From Lama glama (lineage: Eukaryota), in the NCBI GenBank assembly GCA_028534125.1, contig CM052818.1:38316001-38380000 (forward strand): DNA of 64,000 bases. The letters are read 5' to 3'. Positions 52,446 to 64,000 of this stretch are shown here, one piece after another. Positions within the stretch are counted from its first letter, which is position 1. Each line of letters starts with the position of its first letter. The position numbers were made by a program, and so were the translations under genes. Under the pieces are notes generated by a model that made no database searches, was not told the DNA's origin, and worked only from the letters and a program-made list of their open reading frames with translations.

Positions 52446-54698
52446 AATTCATCACTTTCTACAAGATGGTCCTTCTTCCTGGAATAGTTTACTCCCTTCT
52501 TGTTTCCCCTGGCTCTTTCTGTCTATGCTTCATGTACAGGCTCCTTCAGAAAGCCTTTCCTGGCCCCTAATTAGGATAACTGGCCCTTGTCTTTCACAAA
52601 TGCTACTTTAATTTAGCATTATAAAAGGTCTTGTTATCTGAGTTGGAATGGCAATGTCTTAGCATTGCTATCTCCACATGATATTCTCCCAATCCTCCCT
52701 TTGTTCTTATTGTCTGTGCACTTCCACCCTGACCCTGGCACCCAGGCTCCTTCATAACTCACAGCAACCCATCTTTCTCACTTCATCTTCTATCCCTCTT
52801 GTAAACTGCATTGTTCATATTTTCATGAGATCACTGCTCCTCTTTAGCCACAACATACTCCTAAACATTCCTCAATACACCAAGCTCTTTGATATCTTAA
52901 TGTCTGCATAGTGTTTGCTTTCTACTTTAAAGTATACTGTCCCCTCCTTTCTACCTGGAGACTCCCAACTCAGCTTGGAAGATGTGGCTTAGATGTCAGC
53001 TCTCGTATGAGTCTAGTTAGTTCTCTCTCTTCCGCTCCCTCAATATTCTGCCTAAAACTTTCTCAGAGCACAGGGCTCTGTAATTCCAAGTTTATGTGTT
53101 TGTCTCCCACTGAGACAATGGCCTTTAAGGGAAGAAACTGTCTATTCAACTTTGCATCCATTGGGCCTTGTGCACAGAGAAAAAGAGGAAGCATTTCAAT
53201 AATCATTATACAAGTGCTGTATGGTTCACAAATTTTTTCTCAAGTCCTACAGTTTTCATTATTTCCCCAAATTCAGCTACATTTTCAAACAATCACAATT
53301 GTCAGTGAATCACCCATTAAAATGTATATGCCATATATTTTGCTTCTAACAATTCTGTATTTATAGACAAAACAGTTTAAACTGCATTATTTATGTTTTC
53401 ATGAGGCCACGAGAATTTGCTAAAGGCAAAGTTGGTTGCTTTGACTATACATTTCCATATTCCACAGGAAGATGATGGTACCATATCATTCTGGAATAAA
53501 CCACGGGCTTAAGTAAGAATTCATTAGAACAAAATTGTTGTTTTGTGTATTTATTATTCTTTCTCATCCTACCAAATCTACTATCATCTGAATGAAAAGT
53601 GTGAAAATGAAAAAGAAACAGCAAAAAATATTTGGCTTTTACTCTAGAATTTGATTAATGGCTCTAACTTTCTTGGAAATGATGCTATTTCACTAAAATA
53701 TTAAAGCCTTTGGATTGTTATTTACTGAGGCCCAGAACAACACAGTTCTAAGTTATATTTTCTTTCTGTCTCACTGTCATTTGAAGTGAAATTAGTTCCC
53801 TGAAATTAGTTCCCTGGTAGTAGCCAAATACACATATATTCTCAGTGGGTCTCTGACTTACACTGAGTCTAAAAGATACTGGGGAGTCAAGGAACAAGGG
53901 ATGAGTATCATTGGAGAACCCTGCTTTACCTTTCCTGGAATCGATCAGGAAGTCAAAGGAAATAAAGTATATTTTTAATCAGTAAGTATTTGTTGGGTGC
54001 TTCTTAGGTACACAGACATGCGTGTAAGCTTTAGGGATACAACAATGAAGAAGGGAGATACCATCGTTGCCCTCATAGAGCTTCCTGTCTAGCAGGGGTG
54101 ACAGAATTAAATAAGAAGCTACAATGCAGTGTAACTGCTATTACAGCAGAAGCATTGGGTGTCATGAGGTGACATGCAGTAGGGTCTCAGGAAACTGAAC
54201 ACTTCCTGGTTCTCAGACCACTAGACACCAGTAGGTATGTTAAAAAAGGAGTAAAAGGGAAGAGTTAGGTTTTCAAAATCCATGGTATGTGCTCAAACAT
54301 ATTTACTGAATATACAAGTGAATAAATGCAGAGGGTTTCAGTCAAGGCAAAGACCCAGTGTACCTGGGTCACTGATGACAATGCCTGGAGTTGGGACCAG
54401 AAGTAAATAACGACTTGGCCTAGAATACAGGAGTGCAGAGAATGTTGAGCTCTTGGGGAAGAAAAGATGGGACCTTCACTTCACCACCTTAGGGGAAAAG
54501 ACATTGGCACAGCTACAGATGGAAAGTCAGTATCCCATCTTTTTCTTCCCTACAAACAAAAGTCTACAGAGCTGATCCCTCCTATGGGTTCTCCTACAGT
54601 TCAACAACTCAGGGGCAAACTGCCAGCTGCATTCACAAATAGATTATCCCAAAGAGCCCAAATATTTTTTTCCTACATTTTACTGAATTTACACTCAC

Positions 54699-54763
54699 AT
54701 GTGATTTCCCCAAAACAGAAACGACTTGGAATCACAAAAAGGATCCATTTTCTGTGCAAATAT
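54699..54763 (-). pseudogene. VIRMA-like exon relic (VIR_N domain part 4)
   Basis: Long poly-T tract + ag|...CAT|gtgagt; phase 0->2, open. IFAQKMDPFCDSKSFLFWGNH; the end loosely resembles VIRMA NTDGLVLRGWY. Confidence 0.7.
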
Positions 54764-55559
54764 CTAAAAAAAACAAAAAAACAAAAAAAACCTGTCAGTG
54801 TTTTTAGAACTTTTTAGAAATCTGCAAAGCAGCTAAGTCTTCAGTATAAAGTTGTTCTATAATGGATTTGAGATTTGTAGTTTCTAGACTTCCCTTGGCA
54901 AAAGAATCTGTGCCTTTGCCAAACCATTTAGCAAGTGTTCACAGCACTTCAATCTGTCATGGGCTAAGTTTAATAAGGCGTGTGTCCCACAGCTACCCCC
55001 ACTAGGCTGACTGGAGCTTGTCACCTGCTAGGTGGTTGCCATCACTCTTTCCCAATGAGACAGAAATGTGTGTATCATGACGAGGGAGATAGGGAAGTAC
55101 TCTGCATCAGCAGTGAGTTTCTGCTTCTTTCGGGGGATCCCAAAGAGGACAATCAAAACACTTGTTTGAATGGAGCAGAAAATGGACCACATCCCAAATG
55201 CTCTGAGAGTTCTTCCCTCTTCTTAAGCCCCGTGAAAATTCAAGAGCCAAGAATGCCAAGATGTTCCAGAGATCATTTGGTTCAGCCTGAAGCATCCAGA
55301 CAAATAAAGCTTTATTTCAGCTTTATAGGTGAGGTGCAGGTAAAGAGAGAACAGATATATTGCTCAGAGTCATACAGCAAATCAACAACATGTTTCAGTC
55401 TAGAAACCAAGCCTCTTACCTGCAAATGGTCTTTGCCAGAGCTCTCAAACTTTTCCAGCTAAATCTCTTTAATTACAGAAGAGGGTATTCACCTACCCCA
55501 AGGTAAGGGGCTATAACCCATAGCAGGTGATACTGAGCATGGAATTTCCTTGAACTCAC

Positions 55560-55612
55560 ATGGTGGAATTTTTCTAATTGTTGTGAATTCTGTATTCTTC
55601 TCAGTGAAGCAT
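55560..55612 (-). pseudogene. VIRMA-like exon relic (VIR_N domain part 3)
   Basis: ttctttatattaatccaacag|...CAT|gtgagt; phase 1->0. DASLRRIQNSQQLEKFHH vs VIRMA NTSIIFRPNSK. Confidence 0.7.
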
Positions 55613-55839
55613 CTGTTGGATTAATATAAAGAAATTTTCCCCAAAATATCAGACAGAATTGGTGCTTCAAAAAAATGCCATGTTTGTTCTGTATCTTTGC
55701 ATATCCCCAGGGCGATGGGCACCCAAGTTCAAGAAACGTGCCCTGATTCATGAGAATACAGTTGCTGGTTTTCCGGTTCCCTTTACTCCATCCTAGCAGA
55801 GTTCTGTTATACAAATGCCATTTTGTCACCTAAGTCATC

Positions 55840-56213
55840 TAGAGAATTTTCTCTCTGCCTGACTGTCTTCAAGTCAGCACATCAGTCTCCTCCTGACTTC
55901 AAACTCAGACTCAGACTTGGACTAGAACTTACACCATTGGCTCTCCTAGGTCTCCAACTTGCCAATTGCAGTCTTGGGACTTCTCAGCCTCCACAATCAC
56001 GTGAGCCAATTCCTTTATTTATTTATTTATTTACTTACTTACTTACTAACTAACCATATGCTGTATATAATTTCTAATATATATACACACATATAATCTA
56101 TATACATTTATATACATATACAATGAGACTTAGATATAGATACACATATGGGGGATATAGATGCAAATGTAGATCATTGGTTCTGTATCTCTAGAAAACT
56201 CTGAGTAAGACAG
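55840..56213 (+). mobile_element. MLT2 LTR 3' part
   Basis: gggacttctcagcctccacaatcacgtgagccaattcc...attggttctgt.tctct.gaaaac.ctga. Confidence 0.85.
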
Positions 56214-59200
56214 CACCCACTGTTGCCATTAGATCTGGAGCTGCCCAGAAATGACTCGTGGCTGTTGAGTATATCACTGTCATTTTCCCAGTTGCAATTG
56301 CATGGTAAATGTCTTTTTTCTCTCATTTTGAAATATGCCCTTTAAAATGGCAGTATTTTCTTGGTCTGTGCTGTCTTTTATAACGGTTGAGTAACTGAGT
56401 TTTACAGTATGTCTACTACTAATATAGTTGGATACCACAGAGGAATTTATGTGTGTTTCTTAAGTTTAATAAAATATTATGCATATGCTTTTTATGTTTT
56501 TTGGCAAGATTTTCATCACATTGGCTTGGTACAGTTTATGCATTTTTTATTTTCTATTTTAATATAGGCTTTACTCTTTGGGATTTCTATTAGTAATGCT
56601 GGAGGACTTGGAGAAGGTTTTTAGAAGTAAAAGTTGTTATTTAAACCCTTTCACAATGCATAATTAAGTGCATGGCAGTGAAGGATGACAGAGTACATTT
56701 AATAGATGAGGCTAATTACAGCGGCAACTTTAAGGAAAAGACAACATTCTAACCCCGGCATTGGGGCCTTAGAGGGTCAGCCAGTTACCCATATCTCCAC
56801 ATGTATAGCAATGTCCAGGAGATCACAAGATCCAATACAGGAGGCAATGACTATGGGGCTGTCTCTCTAAGAAACCCATTCCAACATTAAGATTAAAGGG
56901 ATGCCCCCAAATAACCTGGGGAAGCAGCAAAGCTCCCGCAGATTACAAATGGGCCACCAACGTCACCTGTGAGCAACAGCTCTTTCACTGCTGAGGAGGG
57001 AGGTTTCGCCTAGGACCCCTGGCACCAATCTGCCTTCCTCTTACCCCATCCAGGAGACCTTTCTGCTTCCATAAACCCAGTGCACACCCCTGCTGGTGCT
57101 ATGGCTGCCCCCTGAACAAATGCAGCAGGCTAAGCCCATGCCCCAAAATAGCAGTTCCCTCTTTTTTGCATTCCTTACTAAAACCCCAGAAGGAAAATAT
57201 CACTTGAAACTATCCTTCACCTTCTGCCCCATGTAGTCTATGACTATGAAAACTTTATTGTATTTCTGATGAGAGGGCTCACCTGGATAGTACGCCCTGA
57301 GCCCATGTCAGATTCCACAGTCATGTGATAAGCACTAGGCTTATTACTTGCCCATGTATTATGGCATTAGGCCCCATACTGTGTGTCAGGGACGTGCAGG
57401 GTAACAAGACAGAGTCCCTGCCTTGGAAAGGAAGTCAGACATGAGCAGATCATTTAATGCAATAACATGAGTGTTAGGAGGCATACGGTGCTGAAGCTTA
57501 GATCTGGGTCACTAATTCAGCCTGCAGTTCAGAAATGACTTTCAGGACAGCACAAAACCTGAACTGAGTCTTGAAGGAAGCTGGAAATGTTCATGAGACA
57601 AGTGGAAGGCTTCCTTAACCATCTCACATAATACCATCTCCAACTTGTAATTTTGCTTTTCCAAAAATAGCCCAATGATATAAAATCCAGGTCCCAAAGA
57701 CAACGGGCACAGTGTGCCAGTTTGTGGAATCCTCAGAGGTAAGGACCACTCCAGGACATAAACCAGGGAATCACCTGCTTGATACAGTTTTACACCCACA
57801 CTCTCCTCCCCTGCTCTGCTTCCACGTGTCCCTGAAACTCAGCCTCCGGCATCTCATAAGGGCACTGTGTTCCCTCAACATTCCAAATGATGAAGCTTGA
57901 AAAATGGCTTCTCCTTCTGTGGAGGAGGCAGGGATATTGGGCAAACATCAAGCCACCTCGGAGGAATTTCCAGAAAGACAAAATAAATGATGCTCGTGTG
58001 CCCTGATTGTGAGGGGAACATTTTCCAATCTTTAGTGAATGGTTACGGCATCCAATTTAGATTTTCAATCCCACAGCCTACCCTGCGTGGGAAGACAGAG
58101 AAAGAGCCTCCATTTCCAGGTTTATAAATGTCAAAAATGGGATATTCTCACTAAAACTGCAGTGAGCATTTATGTGTTCATTAAATGTGATTGCTGCAAT
58201 GATGATATACACCTAAAACTCCTTTAACCATTTAAGAGAAAACTTGGGATCCAACAAAACCCCAGAGCACAGCATGAGGACCCAGGTTTCTTCTTTTTTT
58301 TTTCCTTTTTCCTTTTTAGCAAACCAATTACAATGCTGGAGTGGGTGCAACACCCCAAGGAATAGTCTATAAGATCATATAATAATTGGGCCAATTTATA
58401 GTAGGTAAATGAGAAATGCTGGAAATTGTCATTTCCCCTGGTTGGGGCTGAACAGGAAAGAATGTGATTAATAAATAGCTTAAGCAGCAAACAGAAGGTA
58501 CTTACAATGTACAAATGCTCTGGAGAGCTGAGGTGTTGAGAGAATCATTACGATAAAGTACAGGCAGGCGTTAAGCTTAAAGAGGCTGAAACAACTTTCC
58601 AAAACATCACATAAGGGTGATATTTGGGCTGCAATTGCTTATTAAGATTGTCTTGAAGGGGCTATTCATTGAATTATAAGGTCAAACTTCAGGTGTGTTA
58701 AGGTGAACTGAAGTCAAGGAGAATTTTTCAGAGTGGGTGAAAATCCAGGGTCCCAGAGCCAGGACCAGGTCATGGCCTCTCTTCTCAGCTTCTGTCTAGA
58801 AATATGTGCTGAGCATCATCTCAGAAGCCTGCTGACATAATCTTTACGCTGTGATTCCATAACTCAAGGAGGGAGAACGGGAATCACCTGGGCGATGGCA
58901 GTCGGAGCCGGAATGCCCCACTGCCTAACCTGGACAAAACCTCAGGCTCCCAGGGGCCTGCTTTTACACACGCTGACTCAAGAAACACATCCTGGTGCTG
59001 TATGGATGCCACTCTCAAAGCAGGGGAGTGAAAGTTTTAAGGGCACAGACCTCTGGCATTCACAACCAGGCTCTTCCAGTGACTTTGGCTACACTGTGAA
59101 GTTTAAGAATAAGTGTATGCTGCACTCCCTTCAGTCATTCTCTCCACCTCTGTTTCTTCCTCAGCCTCTGCGGAGAACATCAGTGGGTTTTAACTACCAG

Positions 59201-61920
59201 ACATCCTTTCCCCCTTCTTCTGGAGGCCTCTCCTCTGCCTCTGGAGGACTGCCTCTCCCCTACTCCTGACCGTAGTGCTTCCCCCTCTCCCCACTTACAG
59301 GAAAGTCTGACAACACAGGTGTCACCCAATGCGATAGCCCAACCCTCAAGTCACAATGATTGGCTCAGGGATGATACCGTAACCCAAGTCACATCCATCA
59401 GGAGCTTCCATTCAGGCTTCATATTTGACTGCCCCTTACGAAACAAGTTACAAAGCTGGAGGGATGGCAGCCTGCATTTGACCACGGACCTGCTCTCTCC
59501 CTACGCTGCTACATTGCAGAAGCCTATCCTCAGTGGGAGAGAGTTCTGAATGTTAACGCCTCCCCAGCTCTTATCCTGTGCTTCCTTCCCTCAGAGCTTT
59601 GCCCTCAGATCACCGTCAAATGATCTCCACCAGGTTTCCCCAATTATTTATAAGAATGCTAATTGCTCTACCTCGAGTCAGCTGTGGGCCCACACTAAAC
59701 AAGAAGTGTATCAAAGAAAAGTGAAAATGGAAGTGGTATTAGAAACCACATAATTTGGGAAATAATCCCAGGTATGGAAGATGTTTACCCTGAAAAGTAG
59801 AACACTCTGCAAGACATGAAGGTTTACAATGAATATCCTCAATTTGGTCATGTTATAGTAGGTTCAGAAAATAGAATAAAATTCAATGTATGGAAAGTAT
59901 AAAGACATAGATTTTTTAACAATGTAAGTAGAAACAGATTATCCTAATGCAGGAAGTTCTTCCATTAAAGATAGACATTTCCCTGTTGATGGACATTTTC
60001 AAGCACATGCTGGACATTAGCAAGGATAGTCTTATATTTTCACATTTGGGTATAAGAAGAAATCACTGGTCATAGATTCTAAAATATTAGGAAGAGTCAA
60101 AGTAATGGCTCGAAACATGTGGCTACATGACAAGCAAATTTTAAAAAGGTCCCCAACCCCTGCTAGTGAAAGCAGAGAACAATACTGGGCATCCATTCTG
60201 CTTAAGGAACATCTTAGACTAAATTCTAGCAGCCCCTTGATGCCTCTCTATGTGCTGTAAGTCTGGCTGGAGACGTTGGACGCGCTGGGTGAGCAGCTCG
60301 GGGTGAAGCAGAGAGACAGAGCACCCACAGGTCAGTCCCTGAAAGTCACCCTGGATCAGAGCATGAAAGCTTTTATGAACATACAATCAGGACAGCCAGC
60401 AAAATGGTATGACATTAGGGACCCTAAAAGGCCTGTGCTCTCCTGAAACTGCTGCTCTACTCATTGATTCCTGACATGCCCACATTGAGGTTGACCTTTC
60501 ATCACAAAGCTTTGGTCGCCGTTGAAGATGTGAGGGGTGGGGAGGGAGACAGCTTGCAACGGAATCACAAGCACCTCAGTAGCAATGAAGAATTACAGTG
60601 TAGAGGAGTTGTGTGGGGAGCGGGAGCAGCATCTCTTCCTCTCTATCCCACAGCTCTAGCTCAGGCCCCAGTGTCTCTTAACTTTTCTACATCAGCTTCC
60701 TAAACTAATTCCTCAGACTCTTGCTTTCAAATCTATCCTCCACATTGCAGCCAGTGAATGATCTTTCAGAAATGAAGAGCTGATCATACTACCTAACACC
60801 ACTTAAAATGCTCCAATGTCTCCTCATTAACTTCAGAACAAAGTCTATCATCTTTAGCACCATCTGGCAGGTCCCCAATAATTTAGCCATAACTCTCTAC
60901 CCTCAATTCTAGCCACTCCTGCCTCACACTGATTTCCATGGAATTTTCCATGTATTCCTTATTATTTCTTATCCTTGTCTTGGTTTAAGTTGTTGCTTCT
61001 CCCCAAAACATCTTTCTAATCTTGTTTGTATAAATAATTCACATTCACTTTTCAAGGTCAGCTCAGACATCACAATTTTAGACTCTTTTTAATTCCTTGC
61101 TTCCCCCATCCCTCCAACCAAAAGCCAGGTAGCATCACTAAAGGGATAAAAGTGGACCCAGAATCAGGGTGAAAGAATGGTAGGAAAGGGTACTGGCCAT
61201 TATTAAGTGTGGTCTGAGGCACATGCGGGGCCCTCTGTGTTTAATCATTTCAAGATTACATGGCCAAAATCTAAACCAGTTGGTACCAGGCCCTCTTAGA
61301 GCCCAGGCCCCAGTTTAAGAGCCCTTATAAATGTGTTCTTTTAGGAAAGAGGCTCATCTGAGATTCTAGAAGCTACTTTGTTCTCCAGGGTGCCTAGCTT
61401 CTGCAGAAGACTAAGAGCCACCCCAGCACAGTGACAGAAACTCTACCACCACAGGCTGATCAGCAGCCACCAAGGGAGCCGGCTGCTGTAAAACCCAAGG
61501 TCAGAGAACACAGAACACATAAGATTTAGCAGAGCACATCTTGCCCCCATGACTTTAACAAAGAACAGCAATGCCCTGGGCAGGGCAGCCCCAGGGGAAA
61601 AAGCACCAGAGGTGGGTCCTTATCTGCATCAGTCTTGAACTGACGGCATAAAATAATGGATTATGAAAGTCAAGAAATGAAAAAATTGCATAAATAAAAG
61701 TATTTTTTAATAATGCACTAGAGCTATTGAGCATCCATTTTGTGCTTAGAACTGGGGGCTGCAGGCAGGGATAAGGAGCCATGCAAGCTTCCTGCATCCA
61801 ACACTGTCCCAGCACCTTCGGAGCCAAGACCACAAATGGAGCCAATGCTGTACTTGCGGTTTTCATTTGAGTCCACAAAGCCAAGGATCAGTGAGACCCA
61901 TAACAGTCATAAGAACATAC

Positions 61921-61969
61921 CCTCATCCTTAATCAGGGCTCCTCTTGGGTTTACGGGTGCTGGCTTCAC
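61921..61969 (-). pseudogene. VIRMA-like exon relic (VIR_N domain part 2)
   Basis: gttttgctttgcag|...GAGG|gtatgt; only the phase 0->1 frame is open. VKPAPVNPRGALIKDE vs VIRMA SKPSAPVFDRLGSLEYDE. Confidence 0.8.
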
Positions 61970-62180
61970 CTGCAAAGCAAAACGACTAAGGAGGGGCTCA
62001 CTGCTGGCCAGCAGACTGACTCCTCCAGAGTTACCAGAATAGAAAAATTAGGTTCTGGTGAGAGACACTGAGGCCATGGGAGCATAAAACGGGGGGGGGG
62101 GGGTAGGCAAGATTACTATAGTGAAATCTGAAGATTAATTATTTTGCTTTATAGAGATAAAGAGAAAAACACATTGATAC

Positions 62181-62334
62181 CAGATTTTTGAAAACCAGAA
62201 TCCACTGCATGCCCCCCATGGATGCTGATGTTGACCCAGGTATTGAATATGGATTTATTATTGAGGCATTTTTATTAGGCAGTAACTGTATACATTTTAA
62301 GACAAGCTTTCTTGTAAATTCAATAAATGTAATG
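62181..62334 (-). pseudogene. VIRMA-like exon relic (VIR_N domain part 1)
   Basis: tctttcatttttaag|...CTG|gtatca; phase 2->0, open. ITFIEFTRKLVLKCIQLLPNKNASIINPYSIPGSTSASMGGMQWILVFKNL vs VIRMA IDVVRFPCVVYINEVRVIPP...YGETSPHTFQLDLFFNNV. Confidence 0.75.
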
Positions 62335-62759
62335 CTTAAAAATGAAAGACCTTTCATAAAATGAACTCAGGTTAAACCAGGTTCTTAGAGTCATTACAAT
62401 CACTGTCATAAGGATGAATTAAGAAGGTTGTTCTGGTCTCCAATTTAATAACACTTTTGACTGCCTCGTAAATTGCATGATATATGGTAATTTGGCATCC
62501 AGTATTTGATTGGCTTGTTCCTCCAACCCTTTCTCATAAATTAATGTCATCGTGAACACAGACATGTTCTTTCCTACTTTCCCTGGGTCTTTTTTAAATA
62601 GCTATTAACCCTTGCTTGCCATCAAGACAGTATTAATTTAACAACAATAAACAAAAAACTATGGTAATTAAAAGACTCGAGAATATCTCCAATAATCTGT
62701 GTGACAAGGTGCAAGCATTTTAGATTGGAAATGCCTGTCTTCTTCTCAACTAAGCAAAA

Positions 62760-63790
62760 GGACAATTTTTAGTATGCCTTCCATGCACTAGGCTCCATGG
62801 AGGTTCATAACTATATGAATCCCCAGACAAAATGCAGAAAAAATTCCATGGACATTCAGTTTTAATGGATATGTTCTAATCAGTACAGCGAGGGAGATAG
62901 GACACTAAAGCAAAATCTCTTAACATTTTACTGTGATGGGAAGGGTAGAGAGAGTTAAAGAGGAATTGAAGAGCACCAACCCAGTCTTCGTGAGGTCAGA
63001 GAAAGTTTCTCAGAAGTTATATCTAAACTGAGAGACAGCACAGGAGTAGCCAGACAAAAATGTATATGCTGGGGAGGGGCAGACGCAGCGTATCATGGAG
63101 ATAAAGAAAACAACATGTGAGAATGACCACTGCTTTTCGGAAGAATGGAATGGGGTTTAGAATGGCCAAAGCATAAAGGGAAAAAGGGAGAAATGCTGAA
63201 AGATACGGCTAGACAGGTATGAAAGAGTCACGCAAAGAAAAGGCATGTAAACCATTCCTTTAGATTTTATTCTAAGGGCAATTTCTGAGCAGGAGAGTTT
63301 TCTGAGTAGGAGACTGACATGTCAGGTTTGCATTTTTTTTTAGGGCTCCCTCTGACTCTGGTAGTGAGGGTCAGTTTAGATGAGGCAAACCTAAAGTCTG
63401 GAGGTCGATCAGAAGGAAGGCTGCCATGATAGCAAATGATGGCCACTTGGACTTGGGAAATTACAATAAAAATACAGATCAAGTTTTAGATTTGAGAAGT
63501 ATTCAAGAAATAAATGCAGTAGAATTAAATGACCGGATGTGACAACTGATGGAGAAAAAGGGCTCAGTGATGGCATCTGTATTTCTGATTTGAGCAAACG
63601 GGCGTAGGAGAGCCTTCACTGAGATGAGGAGCGCTAGGGGAGGCACAAGTTTGGGAGGGAGTTAGGAGCTCAGTTCTGGCTGTACTGAGGTTAAGACACC
63701 CAGCAGAGTTCCTAAGGGAAGAGACCTAGTAGGCAGGAGCATATATGGATCCAAAGCGCAAGAGATCCGGGCTTCTGGAACAACTGTCTT
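62760..63790 (-). mobile_element. L2 LINE fragment
   Basis: Antisense L2 motifs (tttgagca..gggcg, gagctcagtt.tgg, gaggttaagacaccc). Confidence 0.7.
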
Positions 63791-64000
63791 TTCAGAAACC
63801 CGTAGTCTCTAAGGAGATGGGTGCACTAAAGCAGTGTGCAACCAGGGCCTTAAAGTGCAGAACAGAACTGCCATGTCGAAAAGAAAGTTCACATTCAGTT
63901 TTCAGATCAGGAATGGCTTCACAGAGGTTGTACTTGATTTAAGATCTTTAAAGATGGGTAGGATTTTAGGAGATTTTTAGAGAAAAAGTGGACTATTTGA

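Larger units (their letters stand above)
9770..62334 (-). pseudogene. Multi-exon unprocessed pseudogene of a distant VIRMA/virilizer-like paralog (overall span; may extend to ~5700 and ~62560)
   Basis: About 25 exon-like segments with polypyrimidine-AG acceptors and GT donors, mostly phase-compatible. Spliced translation matches recalled human VIRMA motifs in colinear order. In-frame stops and frameshifts occur throughout. Confidence 0.8.

Noticed and set aside
53787-53814. Perfect 14-bp tandem duplication (tgaaattagttccc)x2
   Set aside because: Ordinary slippage duplication; not an array.
54699-55612. HHIFAQKMD resembling the GT14 glycosyltransferase motif HHLFANKFD
   Set aside because: Flanking exons fit VIR_N much better and no other GT14 motifs are present.
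53468-58402. Plus-strand exon-like segments (about 53468-53512 EDDGTISFW; about 58320-58402; also near 40081 and 44288)
   Set aside because: Isolated, stop-containing, no phase-consistent chain or homology; consistent with chance splice-like signals.
9770-62334. Locus is VIRMA itself, or a processed VIRMA retrocopy
   Set aside because: Too divergent and disabled for the essential, highly conserved VIRMA. Intron structure excludes a simple processed copy.

Overview
Mammalian genomic DNA, very probably camelid: it carries a tRNA-derived Vic-1-type SINE and camelid-type L1 3' ends, and nine short N gaps suggest a short-read scaffold. There is no intact protein-coding gene. A large share of the window is interspersed repeat (L1, L2, CR1/L3, MIR, ERVL/MaLR LTRs and internal segments, hAT and Tigger DNA transposons). 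The main result is a chain of about 25 short minus-strand exon relics from about 62.3 kb down to about 9.8 kb, possibly to 5.7 kb, mostly with canonical AG/GT splice signals. Spliced and translated, they align by eye and in the correct order with VIRMA/virilizer (KIAA1429), the scaffold of the m6A RNA methyltransferase writer complex, from the VIR_N domain to the C-terminal helical region. Similarity is low (roughly 25-30% in the best blocks) and there are many stops and frameshifts. This looks like an intron-containing pseudogene of an ancient, probably undescribed virilizer paralog, not VIRMA itself and not a retrocopy. The VIRMA comparison uses my recall of the human protein and needs computational confirmation.
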